A stretch of 64,000 nucleotides of DNA from the human T2T-CHM13v2.0 reference genome, Homo sapiens (GCF_009914755.1 NC_060930.1); one strand, 5' to 3'; counted from the first letter of the stretch, positions 45,941 through 63,800 are shown. Notes: generated by a model not told the origin, from the letters alone. Numbers and translations are program-made.

Positions 45941-47097
45941 ATTACCTTTTCATATAAGCAAATAAAAATATAAACTCTCACATTCTCACCCCCCACAAAA
46001 AAAAGTTTACCAGAATTAAAATACTGTGGCAGTCAAAAATGGAACAGATTTTCATCAGCTCAAAGCATAAAAAGACAAAGGTGTCAGCTATCTTAAAACT
46101 GTTCTAGCTCCAGCTTCACTCATATTGTGTCTACCCACCACGACTTTGATTTGAAAGCTATTTCTAAGACATCAGGCACAAATATAAAGGCAACAATTCA
46201 TCAAAGAGAAGCATCATATGATTAAAATAATTTTGCTTTCAGAGAACAGACTCAACACCATATTCATCTGATTAAGGTAAGTTTCTACACTGTTAAGAAT
46301 CTGTTCACTCAATAGTGTCTCTGCTGAAGGGAACTACTTGTAGTTTTGAGAGGAAAATGGCCAGGTCTCTTGAATAGCTATCAAGCAAGGCAGAAGTGTG
46401 GTAATGTGGAAAGTGCGTGAGTACGAGAGTCATAAATTTGGGGTTTATGTAATATCCTTTGATTTCTAATTGCATATCCTTGAACAGCTCACTTAACTTC
46501 TCTGAACTTCAACTATAGGAATAACTGGAGAGGTTTGCTGTTCTGCTTTTTAAATATGGATTTTGTGAGCTCAGAATCAATAACATGGATGAAGGGGCTT
46601 CACAAAACTGCAAAGTGCTTTGTGTATACAAGTTGTTCCTGCATTCTCACAGCCCCCTGCTGTGCCTGCCACCCACAGAATGACAAGCCACCCACAAATC
46701 ACAACCCACACAGGCTCCTCTGGCCTGAAGAGGCTGCAGAGGAAAGACCTGGCACCTTCCTCCTCTTCTTGCAACCAAAATACTTCATTCCCCACAGAGA
46801 AAGAACTTACCACTGTCTCATTTCCATCTGCGATAGAGTATGATTAATTAATTTCATCAACTATCATCACAACATTTCAAAATAACAAAATGATACTAAG
46901 CCCCACGGCATCCATGATGATGGACTTTTAAAATGTCTATTGATTTAGTAAGCTTACAGAATCAGCAGCAGCTTCGGCATTTTGCCCTTGTCATTCTTGA
47001 TCAATTAAATAGGCTGGGATTAAATCTCTTTTGTATGCTTTACAAAGCCGTCTACAACAAGGGCCCTTATCACAGATCCACTTCATAGGTCTCTTGA

Positions 47098-47538
<441 letters not shown>

Positions 47539-50003
47539 CCCATGCTACTTCTTTAATCAGCTAAGATAGGACATCCTCAAAGAGGAGGTGCCCCCAGGTG
47601 CTACCATCAAAACCTATGCATCTGTAGGTAATGCTCCACACTGTTTGGGAATTATTTCCTCTTCTTTATTTCCCTTTTCCAATTCACTCAACTTTGGATC
47701 TCTGGAAATTAGCATCACGCCTGACACTCTTAAGTGCTCAAGTAATAAATGCATCCATTCACTGAACACAAGCTATGGTGTTAATGCTGTCAACAGAAAG
47801 ATGATTCAGTCAGTCTCCCTCTTACAAGTCTCTGACCTTATTGCTATGAACATTATTTCTAAATATACTATCATCGGACAAAACCAACCAAAAAAACAAA
47901 AACAAAAGTATTTACCCAGATTAGCCTTGAAACAAGTGAGAGGTCAAACTACTTCATCTGGTTCATAAACAAAAAAAGCAAACAAAGAATATTATAGCAA
48001 TGTAATTTTCAATTTAGCACAACACACCTTAAAACTGTGCGTGTTTTTATGAAGTTGAGTTGGAAGTGAGATGGAATATGATCAGGATTAAAATTGTGAT
48101 GGTTTGATTTTTTTCTTCAGCATACAAAAGCTTGGGGAATTCTAGAAAAACAAGTTGTGGTACATGGAACAAAAGCAAGAACAAAAGCTGTGGCCAATGC
48201 CTCATACATGCAAGGACCGCCAGGAGTCATAATCGGAGTGGGGTTTCTTGTCGGCTTCCTTCCTTCCCATGAGGCTTTGAAGTTAAATGCTTCTGTTTCA
48301 GAAGGACAACTACTCCAAGGAATTATATTCAAGAGACCAAATGGGTGCTTTGTAATGTCTTCAAATTCATACCTCCTAAGAAACAGAATCAAAAGTTTCA
48401 TGACTGAGACTCCAAAGATAAGTGACAGAAGGAGGGAGCAGGATGCCTCTTTTGGACCTTAGAGGTCCTCCTATGAGACACTGTGGCATTCCCATGCACC
48501 CCAACAGAAGGGCTGAGCTCCCCCAAGTCCTAGGATGCTAACCTTCAACCCTGTCAGCTTCGCTCACTGTCTAGCTGCAGGACCAAGCGGAACTGCGCAG
48601 CAGGGAACACTCTTCTGCAACAGTGAGCCCCAACAAAAGAATTCTAGACCAAGAAAACACTTTCTCAAAGGACATATTTTAGCTCGCGAGAGGATAAATC
48701 TTACTAAATGAAGGCTTTAGTCTGTTTGAAAGGCACTAACATGTCTGCCTGTCAGAAAATCATGAAAATTACTTTGAATGACATGTTTCTCATACTGAGT
48801 AATTTCTGAGATAAAGGAAGTCAGTTTCCAACGAGATAGCCTCAAGATTCTAAATCTTAGCACCAATAATCCAAACACAAAAGCTGTAATTCATACATGA
48901 AGCAGAATTTTAACAGTTGGCCTTGGAAGAAATTAGGTCATTTTCAAGTTCTCTATGTCCAAGTCAGTTGAAACAGATAAAAAATGGAGTTGAAAATTTT
49001 AAAATGAGTTTCAACTCAATGTGAACTCAATAATTCCTGCTTTCTCTATAAAATAGGCATCATTATAATACAGTAGGATCTGTAGCACAAAAATCCTTTC
49101 TTGAGCCTATTAAGTTTGATAAAACTTGTTATCCATACTGAAAATTTTATTTCTACTTTGTCCAGTTAACTTCCCATAAAGAAAATTCCTGATCAATGAC
49201 TACTAACTACGAACTGCAGTTACTTGTAATGAAAATAATTTGGCAAAAAACAAAGCAGAGCGGCCTCCTTCAACTGCCACTACAAACAAAGCTCCATAAT
49301 TTATAAGACAAATAACTGTGCCAGTTATATCATAATATACAAATATATTCAAAGATTGAGACCATCCCTCCCTTTTAGGGGATTAGGAAGAAATCTTAAA
49401 CACAGGAAAGACATTTACACGACAGGAACATTTCATTCAACCCCACTGTCTTGCCCATCTACTCTGTTGGTTACTAGAAGATGCTAGGCATGTAAAGAGA
49501 AACTGGTTTTCAGAGTATTTGTAACTCCATGAAATTGCATGCAAATTTACATGCATACACTATATACACTTTTTTTGTTAGGGAGAATAATGCCTATGTA
49601 AAGGGTCCACGATCCCCAAAGATTAAGAAATGCTGATACAGACAATATGTGCTGGAGAGTTCCCAATAAATATATTACTTACAAATAAAGTGGCTAAGAA
49701 AGGCAGACAAGCAAATGGATGTTGCTTAGGCCTCCAAGGGTGGGCAGAATGCATAGGTCAAAGCTCATAGAAATGGTGCTGGACATGGTGCAAGGGTGAG
49801 CTGGGACCAAAGCTATGGAGGAATGTGGATGTCAGGAAGAATGTGAGACGCAGAGTCGAGGCTGCTTGGGAAAGCTGGCAATGCACCGCTGGGGCTCACG
49901 CACAGCCCAAGAATTAGGCTGCTCAAGCCCCACCATTACAACTGACCATGTGGCCTTGACCAACTTTCCTAACTTCATTTTCCTCTAAAAAATAGTGCTA
50001 TCC

Positions 50004-50325
<322 letters not shown>

Positions 50326-50801
50326 CTATCTCAGACCATTATTATAGAGATTAAGTGAGATCATAAATGTAAAGTGCTCAGCACAGCACCTGGCAGGCAC
50401 CAATACTCAATAATTTTCATTGTTATTAATATTGCCAGTATGGCTGTAGTAGTAGATGGTGACTACCATCAATGCCATCCTTCCATGAAATGTCCATTTT
50501 AAGGCACAGATGTGTTCAGTTGCATGATGCATCTTAGGCCCCCTGCCAAGCCTGAGGGTTTACAGGAAATTCTCACTTTTCTTCCCCATAACACCCCCAC
50601 CTGTTTCAACTTCCACAAGAAAGAGGCTGGCTGTTTGCTCCCACAGGGCCCCACCAATGCCTCATCCCAAAATGTCCCCTTCCGAGCCAACCAAAACGTG
50701 AGGAGCAAGAAAAGCTAGATTTGGAGGCAGTATGTTAGGCATTCAGTAGCAAATACTAAAACCACAACTTAGAAGACAAACAAAATGTGAAGAGTCCAGA
50801 G

Positions 50802-51128
50802 ATCATCATTCTCAGCAAACTATCGCAACGACAAACAACCAAACACAGCATGTTCTCACTCATAGGTGGGAATTGAACAATGAGAACACTTGGACACAGG
50901 GTGGGGAACATCACACACCGGGGCCTGTAGTGGAGTGGGGGGAGCGGGGAGGGATAGCATTAGGAGATATACCTAATGTAAATGACGAGTTAATGGGTGC
51001 AGCACACCAACATGGCACATGTATACATATGTTACAAACCTGCACGTTGCGCACATGTACCCTAGAACTAAAAGTATAATAATAAAAAAATATATATATA
51101 TTATATATATATATAAAAAGAAAAGAAA
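50802..51128 (+). mobile_element. L1PA 3' end (5'-truncated primate L1)
   Basis: CATCATTCTCAGCAAACT...GGGATAGCATTAGGAGATATACCTAATG...AAAGTATAATAA followed by an A/(TA)n tail. Confidence 0.95.
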
Positions 51129-51336
51129 GCAAACAACAGGTGATCACAGAACTCCTTCTCAGCTCCATTTTCCTTTGTGTTAGTTTCATCCTATCCCGAT
51201 AGTTCCACCCAAAGACTCATAGGTAACTATAGCTAGACCTGGGGCAATTGTCCACACTTACTCATCTATTCCAAAAGCCAGAGAAGCCAAGAATGAGACA
51301 GGTGGCCTCCCTGCATCTGAAAATAAAGGCATTATT

Positions 51337-51628
51337 GGCTGGGCGCAGTGGCTCATGCCTGTAATCCCAGCAATTTGGGAGGCTGAGATGAGTGGATCAC
51401 CTGAGGTCGGGAGTTCAAGACCAGCCTGACGAACGTGGTGAAATCCCATCTCTAACAAAAATACAAAAATTAGCCGGGTGTGTTGGCGCATGCCTGTAAT
51501 TCCAGCTACTCAGGAGGCTGAGGCAGAAGAATCACTTGAACTCAGAAGGTGGAGGTTGCAATAAGCTGAGATCGCACCACTGCATTCCAGTGAGTGACAG
51601 AGAGAGACTGTCTCCAAAAAAAAAAAAA
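51337..51628 (+). mobile_element. AluS
   Basis: Full dimer. Confidence 0.93.
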
Positions 51629-52005
51629 GTGGCAAGGAGAATGGTATTTCAACAATTCATCTCTGAATTGGGGTCATTTTTCTGAAGAAAAAGGAGGCAG
51701 GGGCTTCTACTAATAAGAAAAGGGTTGGGAAGATGAATGCTTAGTAGGAAACCGTCAGTGTCAACTATAAATAGCAATCAACAGGCAGCATTTTAATAGT
51801 GTTTCACATATGCCTCACTAAAGGAGAAAGACTTAAAGGTGACACAATTTCTCAGTGTGCTGCTGCTGCTTCAGTGGTATAGGAATGATTTCGTATTTAC
51901 CACTATTTCAAAGTAAAGCATTACTAAATAGGTATGTGCTAACTGTAGTCCTAGAACACACCATATAATAGAAATGTATGCAAAAGGTAAACATTAAAGG
52001 CTGCC

Positions 52006-53200
<1,195 letters not shown>

Positions 53201-54531
53201 CTTCTGTATACACACACACAAAAATTAATGACACACTGCCCTCTCAATCATCTTCCCTTTTAACTAACCTGACACAGTAGCACTTACCTTTTATTTGTGA
53301 ACTTTAAAAATCTATCTTCCTTTTACAAAATGAGTGAGTTTGTGGAGTTTAAATATCACTAAATGATTTAGTTTTTTCAAAAATTAACTTCCCTTGCTGA
53401 TACAAATCTCTTTGATGGAGGAACACTATCTCTTTTTTAAGGAAAGGGCATGGAGATACCACTTTTAGTCTTAGTCGGACCACAAAGCATTTATGCCTTC
53501 ATCATGAGCCATCGTTTATTGAATTTGCAGTAGCTCTGTATTGAGAGCTAATGGAAGTAGAAAAAGATTTCAAGCAAACCCTAAGAAACCACCACACCAG
53601 GCCCATTTTCTTAATGGAAAGTTTGCTGATTCTGGAGTGGAAATAAAATGATGCAAACAGGTATGGAACGCTGCCTCAAGGTTGGCTGGTATTATGCTTT
53701 TAACTAACTGCAGGCCAAAATATTGGCCATTAGTGAACCAGCCTATAACAAAGCCCAAGCCAACATTTTAGGTAGTTGTGCCCATCTTGAGAAAGTTTTC
53801 ACGGTTTCTGATCGAGGTGGAGTTTTAGATGATGGTATCTGGCCTTCTGCCCTTCCCCAAGCTTAGAACCCCTGACGGATGTGTATTAGAAGCACACTGC
53901 TCCAGTCAGTGATGGCCACCACAGATGGGAAACACCATGCCTGGGTCCGAGAGTGTGAGCCAAGTTTTCCCCTGCTGACAAATGCAGGCAAAGGCTCTTT
54001 TTCATTTCGTCAACATGCAGCATGGGAATGGAATGCCAGTAAAACTGAGGGAGTATGTGCACCTAAGTGTTCGATTAGAGGAGGAAAAAGTGCAGCAAGT
54101 GGAGAGCTGGAACTGAACAAATCCCCCATGGCCATGCCACCTGTCCAGTCCCACGTCTTGCGGATAAACGGACTGCCCTGCATCCTGCCTTCAGTGCTAG
54201 TGGGGCCACCAGACTGCCACTGCCTCCAGGTGTTCCCCCAAAGCACCCTGGAATTTGCAGGCAACAGAATAAGGACATTTGATAAGACATTTAAGTCCCT
54301 GGGCAGTAATAGGAGAGGGGAAGCGAATTAGGCTGAGAAAGCAGGAGAAAGATGTAGAATGGGTCAGTCGTCGGCCCACATTTAGTGCAGGATGGCCTGG
54401 AAGTGAATGCTGCTGCTTCTGCAAATTTCCATGATTCCTAATCAGAATCCTGAAACCTTCTTCCTGCAAGGTTCCTATCTCTAGGGACAGCCACATTCAA
54501 GGACAATTTCTATGGTAACAATATTGAGTGC

Positions 54532-55030
54532 TGCAGCAGACATGGCTGGTTTGCCTACCCAATATCCCTTTTCTAATTCTTCCTTACTACCAATAACAGC
54601 CTTGATGTTTGGGGGAATGATAACATGCTCAGTTAAAAACTATACTTCCTTTCTTTCCTTATAGATAAGATCATGTGATATAATTTTGGCCAATGTAATG
54701 TAAATAGAAATTGATGTGTGAGGCTCTCAGGAAATCTCTTTATAAAGAGAGGCAATTCAGCTGGTGCTCACCATTTGCTCTCTGACCTTCCTCTTCTTCC
54801 TGCTGGGATGTAAGGATGATGCTGGAGATGAGGCAGCCACTTGTGACTGTGAGATGACAAACGTACACTAAGGAAAGCTGAGTGGAAATACTGGAGTCTG
54901 GTGATGGCCTCGTGAAACCATCCTAGCCCTGGGCTGCCTACTTTTGAACTTCTCATTACATGAGAAAAATAAACATCCACAAGTGTTAATCACTGGTGTT
55001 TGGGATCTGTTACTTGCAGCTGCATAGTAA
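54532..55030 (+). mobile_element. Old MLT1 (MaLR) LTR
   Basis: TTTGGCCAATG..ATGTAAATAGAA, GAGAAAAATAAAC and CTGTTACTTGCAGCTG motifs. Confidence 0.7.
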
Positions 55031-55185
55031 CTCAAGGAAACAAGTGCTTACTATACAAGCAGGCCTTGTTCTAAGTAAGTTACCCACTGAATCCTTTCAA
55101 TGACCCTACAAGGTAGCTACTACCCATATTCCCATTTCAACCGAGGAAACTGAGACACAGTGAATTTAAATAAAATACTCCATGT

Positions 55186-55543
55186 CAGGGGGTCCACAAC
55201 CCGCAGGCCATGGACCAGTACCAGTCTGGTGTGTTACTTGTTAGGAACTGGGCCACACAGCAGGAGGTGAGTGGCAGGCAAGCAAGCATTACCGCCTGAG
55301 CTCCACCTCCTGTCGGATCAGCGGCGGCATCAGATTCTCATAGAAGCATGAACCCTATTGTGAACTGCGCATGGGAGGGATCTAGGTTGAATGCTTCTTA
55401 TGAGAATCTAATGCCTGATGATCTGAGTTGAAATACTTTCATCCCGAAACAACCACCACCACCCACCCACCCTACCCCAGGTCTGTGGGAAAATTGTCTT
55501 CCAAGAAACTGGTCCCTGGTGCCAAAAAGGTTGAGGACCACTG
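55186..55543 (-). mobile_element. MER1B-like MITE inserted in a MIR
   Basis: CAGGGGGTCC...CCAAAAAGGTTGAGGACCACTG; reverse-complement homolog of 19431-19750. Confidence 0.85.
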
Positions 55544-55964
55544 CCCTAGATCACAAAGCTGGCAAATGGCAAAGCTGGAATTTGAGTTCAGACAAACACC
55601 AAGATGATGGGAAAGAATGAGAGAGCCCAGTCCTCCCCAGGTCTCGGCTTGCAAAATTATGGAAACCTCAGGCCCCACAGGCTGCAGCAGGGCGTGAGCC
55701 AGGTCAGTGCCATCCATCCGTATTGTCTCTCCAGCCAGGAGAGCCTTCCAGCCCACACCCTCCAGGAAGCAACTTGAGGAAAATTTTGTTGTTGCTTGTT
55801 CAAGGCACTCTTATCATATGTTTACAATGTTGCTTTCCAGCCCCTTGTTGTCAACATTGCTATTTTGCTGGTGGAAATTATGATTCTATTCATACACATA
55901 CTCCCAATCTTCTTTGGCTACAAAAAGACATTCAGGTTATCTATGAATGGAGACACCAGTTTAG

Positions 55965-56312
<348 letters not shown>

Positions 56313-56458
56313 AAATCAGGTTCTTAAGAAGAGAAGCAGGAAAAGGAGGAAAATGCAAATCCAAACGGATACCAACTGAATGGAGGGGCAATGCCCAAGT
56401 TTACATCAATACCTGTGACTCCTGGTTATAACTGTACTGACTTAGATTACTACTCCCC

Positions 56459-56590
56459 AGGCGCTTATGTCTGTAGTCCCAGCATTTAGGGAGTCCAAGG
56501 CAGAAGGATCGCTTGAGCCCAGGAGTTTGAGCCCAGCCTGGGCAACATAGCAAGGCCCCATCTTTATTTTTTAAAACAGAAAAGAAAACA
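56459..56590 (+). mobile_element. FLAM monomer
   Basis: TSD ATTACTACTC. Confidence 0.85.
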
Positions 56591-58724
56591 ATTACTACTC
56601 TATTTCAAAACATTTGCTCTAATCAAATTTACCAATGTCCCAGAAATAATAAATCTATTCTGATTTGCTAGTCTTTTGAGATCAGAGCAAATAATGAACA
56701 AATTCATACACAAATTTTTTTATCAATATTATTTCTAAAATACATGCTGAAGAGACCACACGCAGACTATATACATTGCGGCACACCTAAATTGTTATTG
56801 CACAGCTACCTAAGGTTTAAATTTTCAAAGTGTGACTTCATAAATATTAGATACTTAGCCTACAACATTGTATTCCTTGAACACCAAGATATTAGTCAAT
56901 GAACAACAGTTAATTCAAGGAGAATACTCACTGGGATGAGTAGCAACATTTGTAGCAGGGGCAGTACAAGCCAGTTTGTGGTATTACAAACTCTTGGGAT
57001 GGTGGTAGGAACAAGTAAATAGAGAAAGGGGGAGGAAGAGAGGAAGAGGGAACAAGGGGGCAGGCAGAGACAGAGAGAGAGAGAGAGAGCAAGTGAGCAA
57101 GAGAGAGCACAAAGGAGAAAGCTGATTTGGGTGTACCTTCCCATCCCAAGTATTTGGGTCAGCATTTAGCACGTGTAGGGGTGCTCCACCAAGTCTGGAT
57201 AAACCAGATCATAGAGCCCACCTGACAACACCTGAACCCAAGGGGAGAGGCCAGAACAGGTCTTGCTAGATCTTTAGAATTTTTGAAACAAGTCTATATC
57301 CCTACCTCCTCCTATCAAGACTGTAAGTAAACTGTCTAAGAAAAGAGCCTAATCTGCCAGAACCAGGTCAAAGAAACACAATGGACTCAAGTTATGTTGT
57401 TAGAGCTGAGCAGTCAAGGGTAGAGGTTACTCTGTCAACCACCCATTAAGACACTAGCTTAAAGGAAGTGCTCCCAGCAGCTCTCAGAAGGACCTGGAAG
57501 TACCGGCATGGCTCTCCTAGGTGCAATAGGAAATGCAGAAGTAGCCTAAAATGCAGTGCTATTCTTTAAAAGGTTACTGTCTATTTGGGAAGATAAATTA
57601 TATGGTTCACATAAAGCAATAAGCAAATCATGAGCAACTATAATTAAGTGCAAAAGCTGGGTAGGGCAACTCAAGTACTATAGTAACTAGGGGGTGAGGA
57701 GGAAAAGGTGACCACATGGCAATGGTGAGACATATAGAATGGGACTTTTATATCATAATGACCAAGACTTACATATAAGGGAAAATGTTGGCTAATCAGA
57801 GACGGAAAGGGGATCTTTCAGGCGGTGGGAAGGGACACAGGTAACATGTACATGAAGTTGCCATTGCTCCTGTTTGCTACAAGAGAGACCTCACAGGGAA
57901 GAGGACAGACTGCATTCTCCACGCCCTAATGAAATCCACATTACTTCCTAGACTCACTGAAAAGGTCAGTTTCTTTGTCTCACACTGTCTCTCCCCTTTC
58001 ACCCCCACTAATTCAAAGGCATCAAGTACACTTTCATTTGCTCATCTATTAATCTATTCCTCCCTCTGTCCAGTATTTGTATATAGAGCAAACACTGTTT
58101 TCTAGAACAACATGAATCCTTCATGTTGAGGACTGCTGAGAAGAGGAATGCATGCTTGTGGAACAAATAGACAATGAGAACAATGCGCACGCAGACACAC
58201 ATACACAAACACAATGAAGATACTAGACGACTATCAGCTAAGCTTGACAGAGCTTCTGAGAAGGTCAAGAATTCTACGGAACTGCAGGTACTGCGTTCTC
58301 ATTACTCCTGGAGGACAGGCTGAGTCCCATGGAACGATGTGTGTCCCTCTCCCTGTCAGATCTCAACACAGTCCATCACTGTTCCAAATGACTTGTGCCC
58401 AGTGGGGTGCAGGGAACTGCAAGGTGATGGCAGCTTGATTCTCACATCTGCAGCCGTCACTGATGCACAAGGATGGGACCTCACCACCAAACATTTCTCA
58501 TGAAGCACCGTGGAGATGCAGAGGGACAGCTAAGAAGAAGTGTCAAAAATAGAAAACCTCTGTTAGCAAATTCATGAAGAGTATATTGATATTTTCATAT
58601 GGGTATAATTTTATATGCCACGATTTTATAAGCATTAATTTACAGAAACTTATAACAGAGACCTTCCTGCAGGGAAAAAGGATGCAAACATTCTTGGTAA
58701 TGCTAAAGGAAGAATACCTGTTAA

Positions 58725-58912
58725 ATCAGTTCTTCCTAATCAAGGCTATACATCAGCTACCCAAGGAGATTTTGCTAATAGCTACACGCCCAGGCCCCAA
58801 CCCCTGGAGATTCTGATTAAGTAGGACAAGAATGATGCACAGATGTGTATATTTTCAAAAAGCTCCTCCAACTGGTTGTGACACACAATTAAAACCTGAT
58901 TTAAAACCACTG
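58725..58912. mobile_element. MER5-like fragment
   Basis: CCAGGCCCCAACCCCTGGAGATTCTGATT...TTTAAAACCACTG. Confidence 0.6.
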
Positions 58913-59596
58913 TTTTGAATTCCCGAGAAGATTTCAGGCAATCTGTGGACACTCATCAGTAGTTGTGTTCAAGTCCCATCCAATCTAAAAGGGGAAGCAC
59001 TTTTCAAACAAATATACTAAGCTGAGAGCAACGGTTTTTCTGACTAGCTGTTTAGGTCATTGCAGAAAAGCTACTCACCTGCTTAATATGACCAGACAGA
59101 TGTATGATATCTTAGCAACAAGACACAAAATCAGTTTTTTTTTAAATGAACACATTTAACTATGATATTCAGAAGAGAAAGGTAGAAAAGGAAATAAACA
59201 CCATTATGGAAGGGAAGAATATTTTCCCTTCTTCTTTCTTCTGCCTATCTAGAATCATCTGCTCTTTCAAAACACTTTTATATAAAAGAAATAATGACTT
59301 GTACCGAGTGATCTGCCTACTGGAGGCAGCACTTCAACACATCCAGACAGCTGAGCAATAATTGTTTACTAAATCTAATTTGTCACATTTGGCATTTAAA
59401 ATATATATAATCACCTAAGAAGCTAAAGACCACATGTCATGACCCTCTCATTTCCAAGTCATTTGCCTCAGCCCCTGGGGCCTTGGGTGTCACTCTACCT
59501 GCTGCAGGAGTTCCTACCATTTCCTCTGAGTTTTTCTCTTATAGGAGAGCAAGAAAGAGGAGGACACAGGTAACTTAAAATAAAATGAAAAATGTT

Positions 59597-59911
<315 letters not shown>

Positions 59912-60180
59912 TCAAGATTTCCCAAGACCAAGACCTATTTATAGGAGCAGCACATAATCCTTAATGTGCTAAGATTAAAGCTAATTAATTTAGAAGTAGA
60001 ACAAAAATCATTAAATCCAGAAGTTATGGGAGAGATTGGTTGACTGTTACTTTTCGTACCTACTATTCCCACCTAATTAAAGAACCTGCTAAAGATACCC
60101 ACAATATATGTTTAAGTGGAAAACCAAGTTTGAGGAGTGTACAAATAGTACATTCTCCGTGGTGTTTTTTAAAAAGGAGT

Positions 60181-60534
<354 letters not shown>

Positions 60535-61976
60535 TCAAACAAAAGCAAAAACAAAACAACCATAACCTAATAATCAGTTTTTAAACTGTATTAATTTTTT
60601 TTTAAAGATACTCCTTAACACCTGCCAAGAAAGAAGATGAGATAACAAGATAACATTTAAGATGGAAACTAAAGAATCCTTCAGATTTAGGTAAAGAGAA
60701 AGAAGAGCTTGAAAGAAAATCTGCACAAGGCAAGTAGTCACCACCAGCCCAGCAGTGAGGCAAAGCCCTTTTTTTTGAAACAAGAAAAATATTTCATGAC
60801 CTAAATGATCTGAAACAATTTGTCAACAGATCAACATCTGAGAAAGGCACAACAAAAGCAATAAGGTAAAAAGTGTTTATGAATGAAACTCAGGCCTTCC
60901 CCAAAAGGAATTTACTGTGAGCAAAATGTTATTAATACAATTATTTATAACATTAGTTGTTTTTTTTGAGAAGGGTAAGGGGTAAGGACAGAACTTCACA
61001 AGGGATTATATTACTACAATGATGAAATATGACGAAGTCAAAAAGCTAAACTTTGTATCATTTCTAGAAAATAGGTCAATATGGTTGGTGGTTGCTAACA
61101 TAAAATGAGAAGAATTAAACAATTTTACTAAAAATGTTAATGGAAAAAATGGAAATTGAAGCATTTCCTTTATCTGTATATAACAATCCAAAAGCATGTT
61201 GAAAAACATCTAACTTTAGAACAAATACACTTTTCCATTCTGCAAGGAGAGAATTCTAGAACTTAAAAAAAATATAATAATACTTCTAACTGTGCCAGTA
61301 AATATAACTTCCATCTGCCCCAGCAGCGTGTGGCAATGTTTACTGAGACTACAGTAGATGGATCTCCCAATTGCCCGACCCTCCCACATCCTCTGAGCCA
61401 GTCTTCGGTCTTCAAACATCATGCCACACACTGGGAATCTAGAGCAGGAGTAAAGAGAGAGCAATTCCACCTGGCTTCACACAGAAACTGCAGCTGGGGA
61501 GGACAGATGGGTTGAGTGAGGGGACATGCTGTAGGACTCCCAGGTGCTAGTGTGGGGGATAAGGGAGAAGTAAGAAGGAGGAGAAAGTTGGACACACCAG
61601 GCCCCAGTGGCACCACCATGCTTGCTTGGCTCCTGCCCCCCTGCCAGCATCCCCCAGACACTGCTGCTCTATTAACATTAGTTGAGAAACCTGAAGACGG
61701 AATCCTGAATAAAGAGATTGCTGAAAAGGGTTAGTTTTGCTACAAATGGTATGCAAGTCAAACATATGAAAGTTCAAAACTGTCTATAATAAGTATGCTT
61801 CATTCATTATCATCCAATTTAGTTCCATGGGAAGTCAAAGCTTTAAGTCCATCCCAGAAGGACCAAAGCAAGAAAAATGCAAACACTGAAAGAACAGTGG
61901 AGAACAACACAAAGATCTCCATTATATCTGGTCACTTTTGTTATGAAATCTTTCAAATGTAAAAAAGTTAAATTAA

Positions 61977-62261
<285 letters not shown>

Positions 62262-62409
62262 AAATGTGATTGATTAGCTATCCAAAAAAAATATGCATGC
62301 AAACCAAAAGTAAGGGGGCAGTCCCAGATATACCCAGTCTGTACAAAACCCAGAGTAAAGGAACAATCCCACTGTCACTGTCACAGAAAGGCCACGCTTC
62401 AGGGCCAGC

Positions 62410-62620
62410 CCTAGCAAGGAGGCAGCACTAGGTCCAGATCCCTCTCCTGCCATGTATGTGACTTGGAGAAATGTGTCAGCTTGAGTGCCTCAGCTTCAGC
62501 CTCTGCACAATGAGAATAATGCCACCTAATTTGCAGGGATCCCGTGAAGATTAAATGAGGTAAGGTGTGTGAAAGAGACCACCCTCCTATGTAGCGGGCA
62601 TTCAAAAAAAGCTAGCTATA
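62410..62620 (+). mobile_element. MIR
   Basis: TGTGACTTGG...CTCAGC..CTCTGCACAATGAGAATAAT..GTGAAGATTAAATGAG. Confidence 0.8.
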
Positions 62621-62762
62621 ATGAAATCGAAGAACTTCAGAGTGTCTTAAAGCAAACAGGAAATTCAAGAAGAAATCATCAAGGAAGGATGGGGAAAGAA
62701 GAAGGTGAGGAGGGAATGATATGAAGAAGAAGTGCATAGGTAAAGATTAACAATAACCTTTT

Positions 62763-63045
62763 GGCCGGGCGTGGTGGCTCATGCCTGTAATCCCAGCACT
62801 TTAGGAGGCCGAGGTGGGTGGATCACGAGGTCAGGAGATCGAGACTATCCTGGCTAACACGGTGACACCCAGTCTCTACTAAAAATCCAAAAAAAAATAG
62901 CCGGGCGTGGCCGCATGCGCCTGTAGTCCCAGCTGCTGGGGAGGCTGAGGAAGGAGAATGGCATGAACCCAGAGCCAAGATCGTACCACTGCACTCCAGC
63001 CTGGGTGACAGAGCAAGACTCTGTCTCAAAAAAGAAAGAAAAAAA
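62763..63045 (+). mobile_element. AluY with small internal deletion
   Basis: TSD AACAATAACCTTTT; GAACCCAGAGCCAAGATC junction. Confidence 0.94.
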
Positions 63046-63279
63046 CAATAACCTTTTGGTTCCCACGTGGGGGTGTTTCATGAGGGTACATTAATTTAAT
63101 ATTAAATAAAACAAAAGTGGGGGCAAGTATGGACCAAAGATAAAAATCTGCCATAAGCCAAGGACTACAATTAATCTAATTATGTGTACCTGAATTTCAG
63201 AAGGGGAAAAAAAATACTTAGCTATCTTTTAGTAATTCCAAGAAAGCAAATGAAATTTCCTAGTCAGTGTAACCAATGC

Positions 63280-63800
63280 AAGTTGACAAACATCTATTGA
63301 TTACTCACTATAATTATCAGAGCCTACGCTTGGTACACCAGATATCAGAGATAAATATAAATGCAGTTCCTGCTCCCAAGGGGTTCACATTTTAGTGTGG
63401 GAGAGGCACAGCACACACTAAGCATTCCTTTGGGTGGCTGCTACAGAAGTAATGGAGCGCAGGGCAGAGGCGATAAAGTAGGTAACACTACAGTGAATTC
63501 TAAGCAAAGAAAAGGAAAGGAGAAAAGGGGATATGGGAAAGTAACATACGCATAATACAGGGCCCTGCAACAGCCAGGCATGTTCAGAAAGCCACTTAGA
63601 AAAAAGGGCAGCAAGTGATGAAGTCACCAAGGATGTTGAGCAGGTGTGCAATTTGGATTTGCAAAATCATTGCATTAATGACGTGGATCTGAGAACAATG
63701 CGATGGGAATGTGGGCAAAAGGCCAGTTTAGATGCCCTTACAGTCATTCAGAGCACAGAAAATGAAGGCCTGCACTGGCATAGTAAAGTGAGGGTGGACA
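63280..63800 (-). mobile_element. L2 fragment
   Basis: ACAAACATCTATTGA..CAGTTCCTGCTCCCAAGGGGTTCACATTTTAGTG motifs. Confidence 0.6.

Noticed and set aside
46805-46835. Possible 17-nt microexon CAG|ATGGAAATGAGACAGTG|GTAAGT on the minus strand
   Set aside because: Poor pyrimidine tract and not frame-preserving.
53282-53290. Perfect minus-strand donor AAG|GTAAGT
   Set aside because: About one such match is expected by chance in 64 kb. The phase-1 frame is closed by a nearby stop and I saw no clear acceptor or promoter.
53880-54495. Possible old ERVL-type LTR (TGTATTAG...GCCACA ends) with overlapping ORFs
   Set aside because: I cannot assign a family by eye and the ORFs resemble no known protein. 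A Dfam search is needed.
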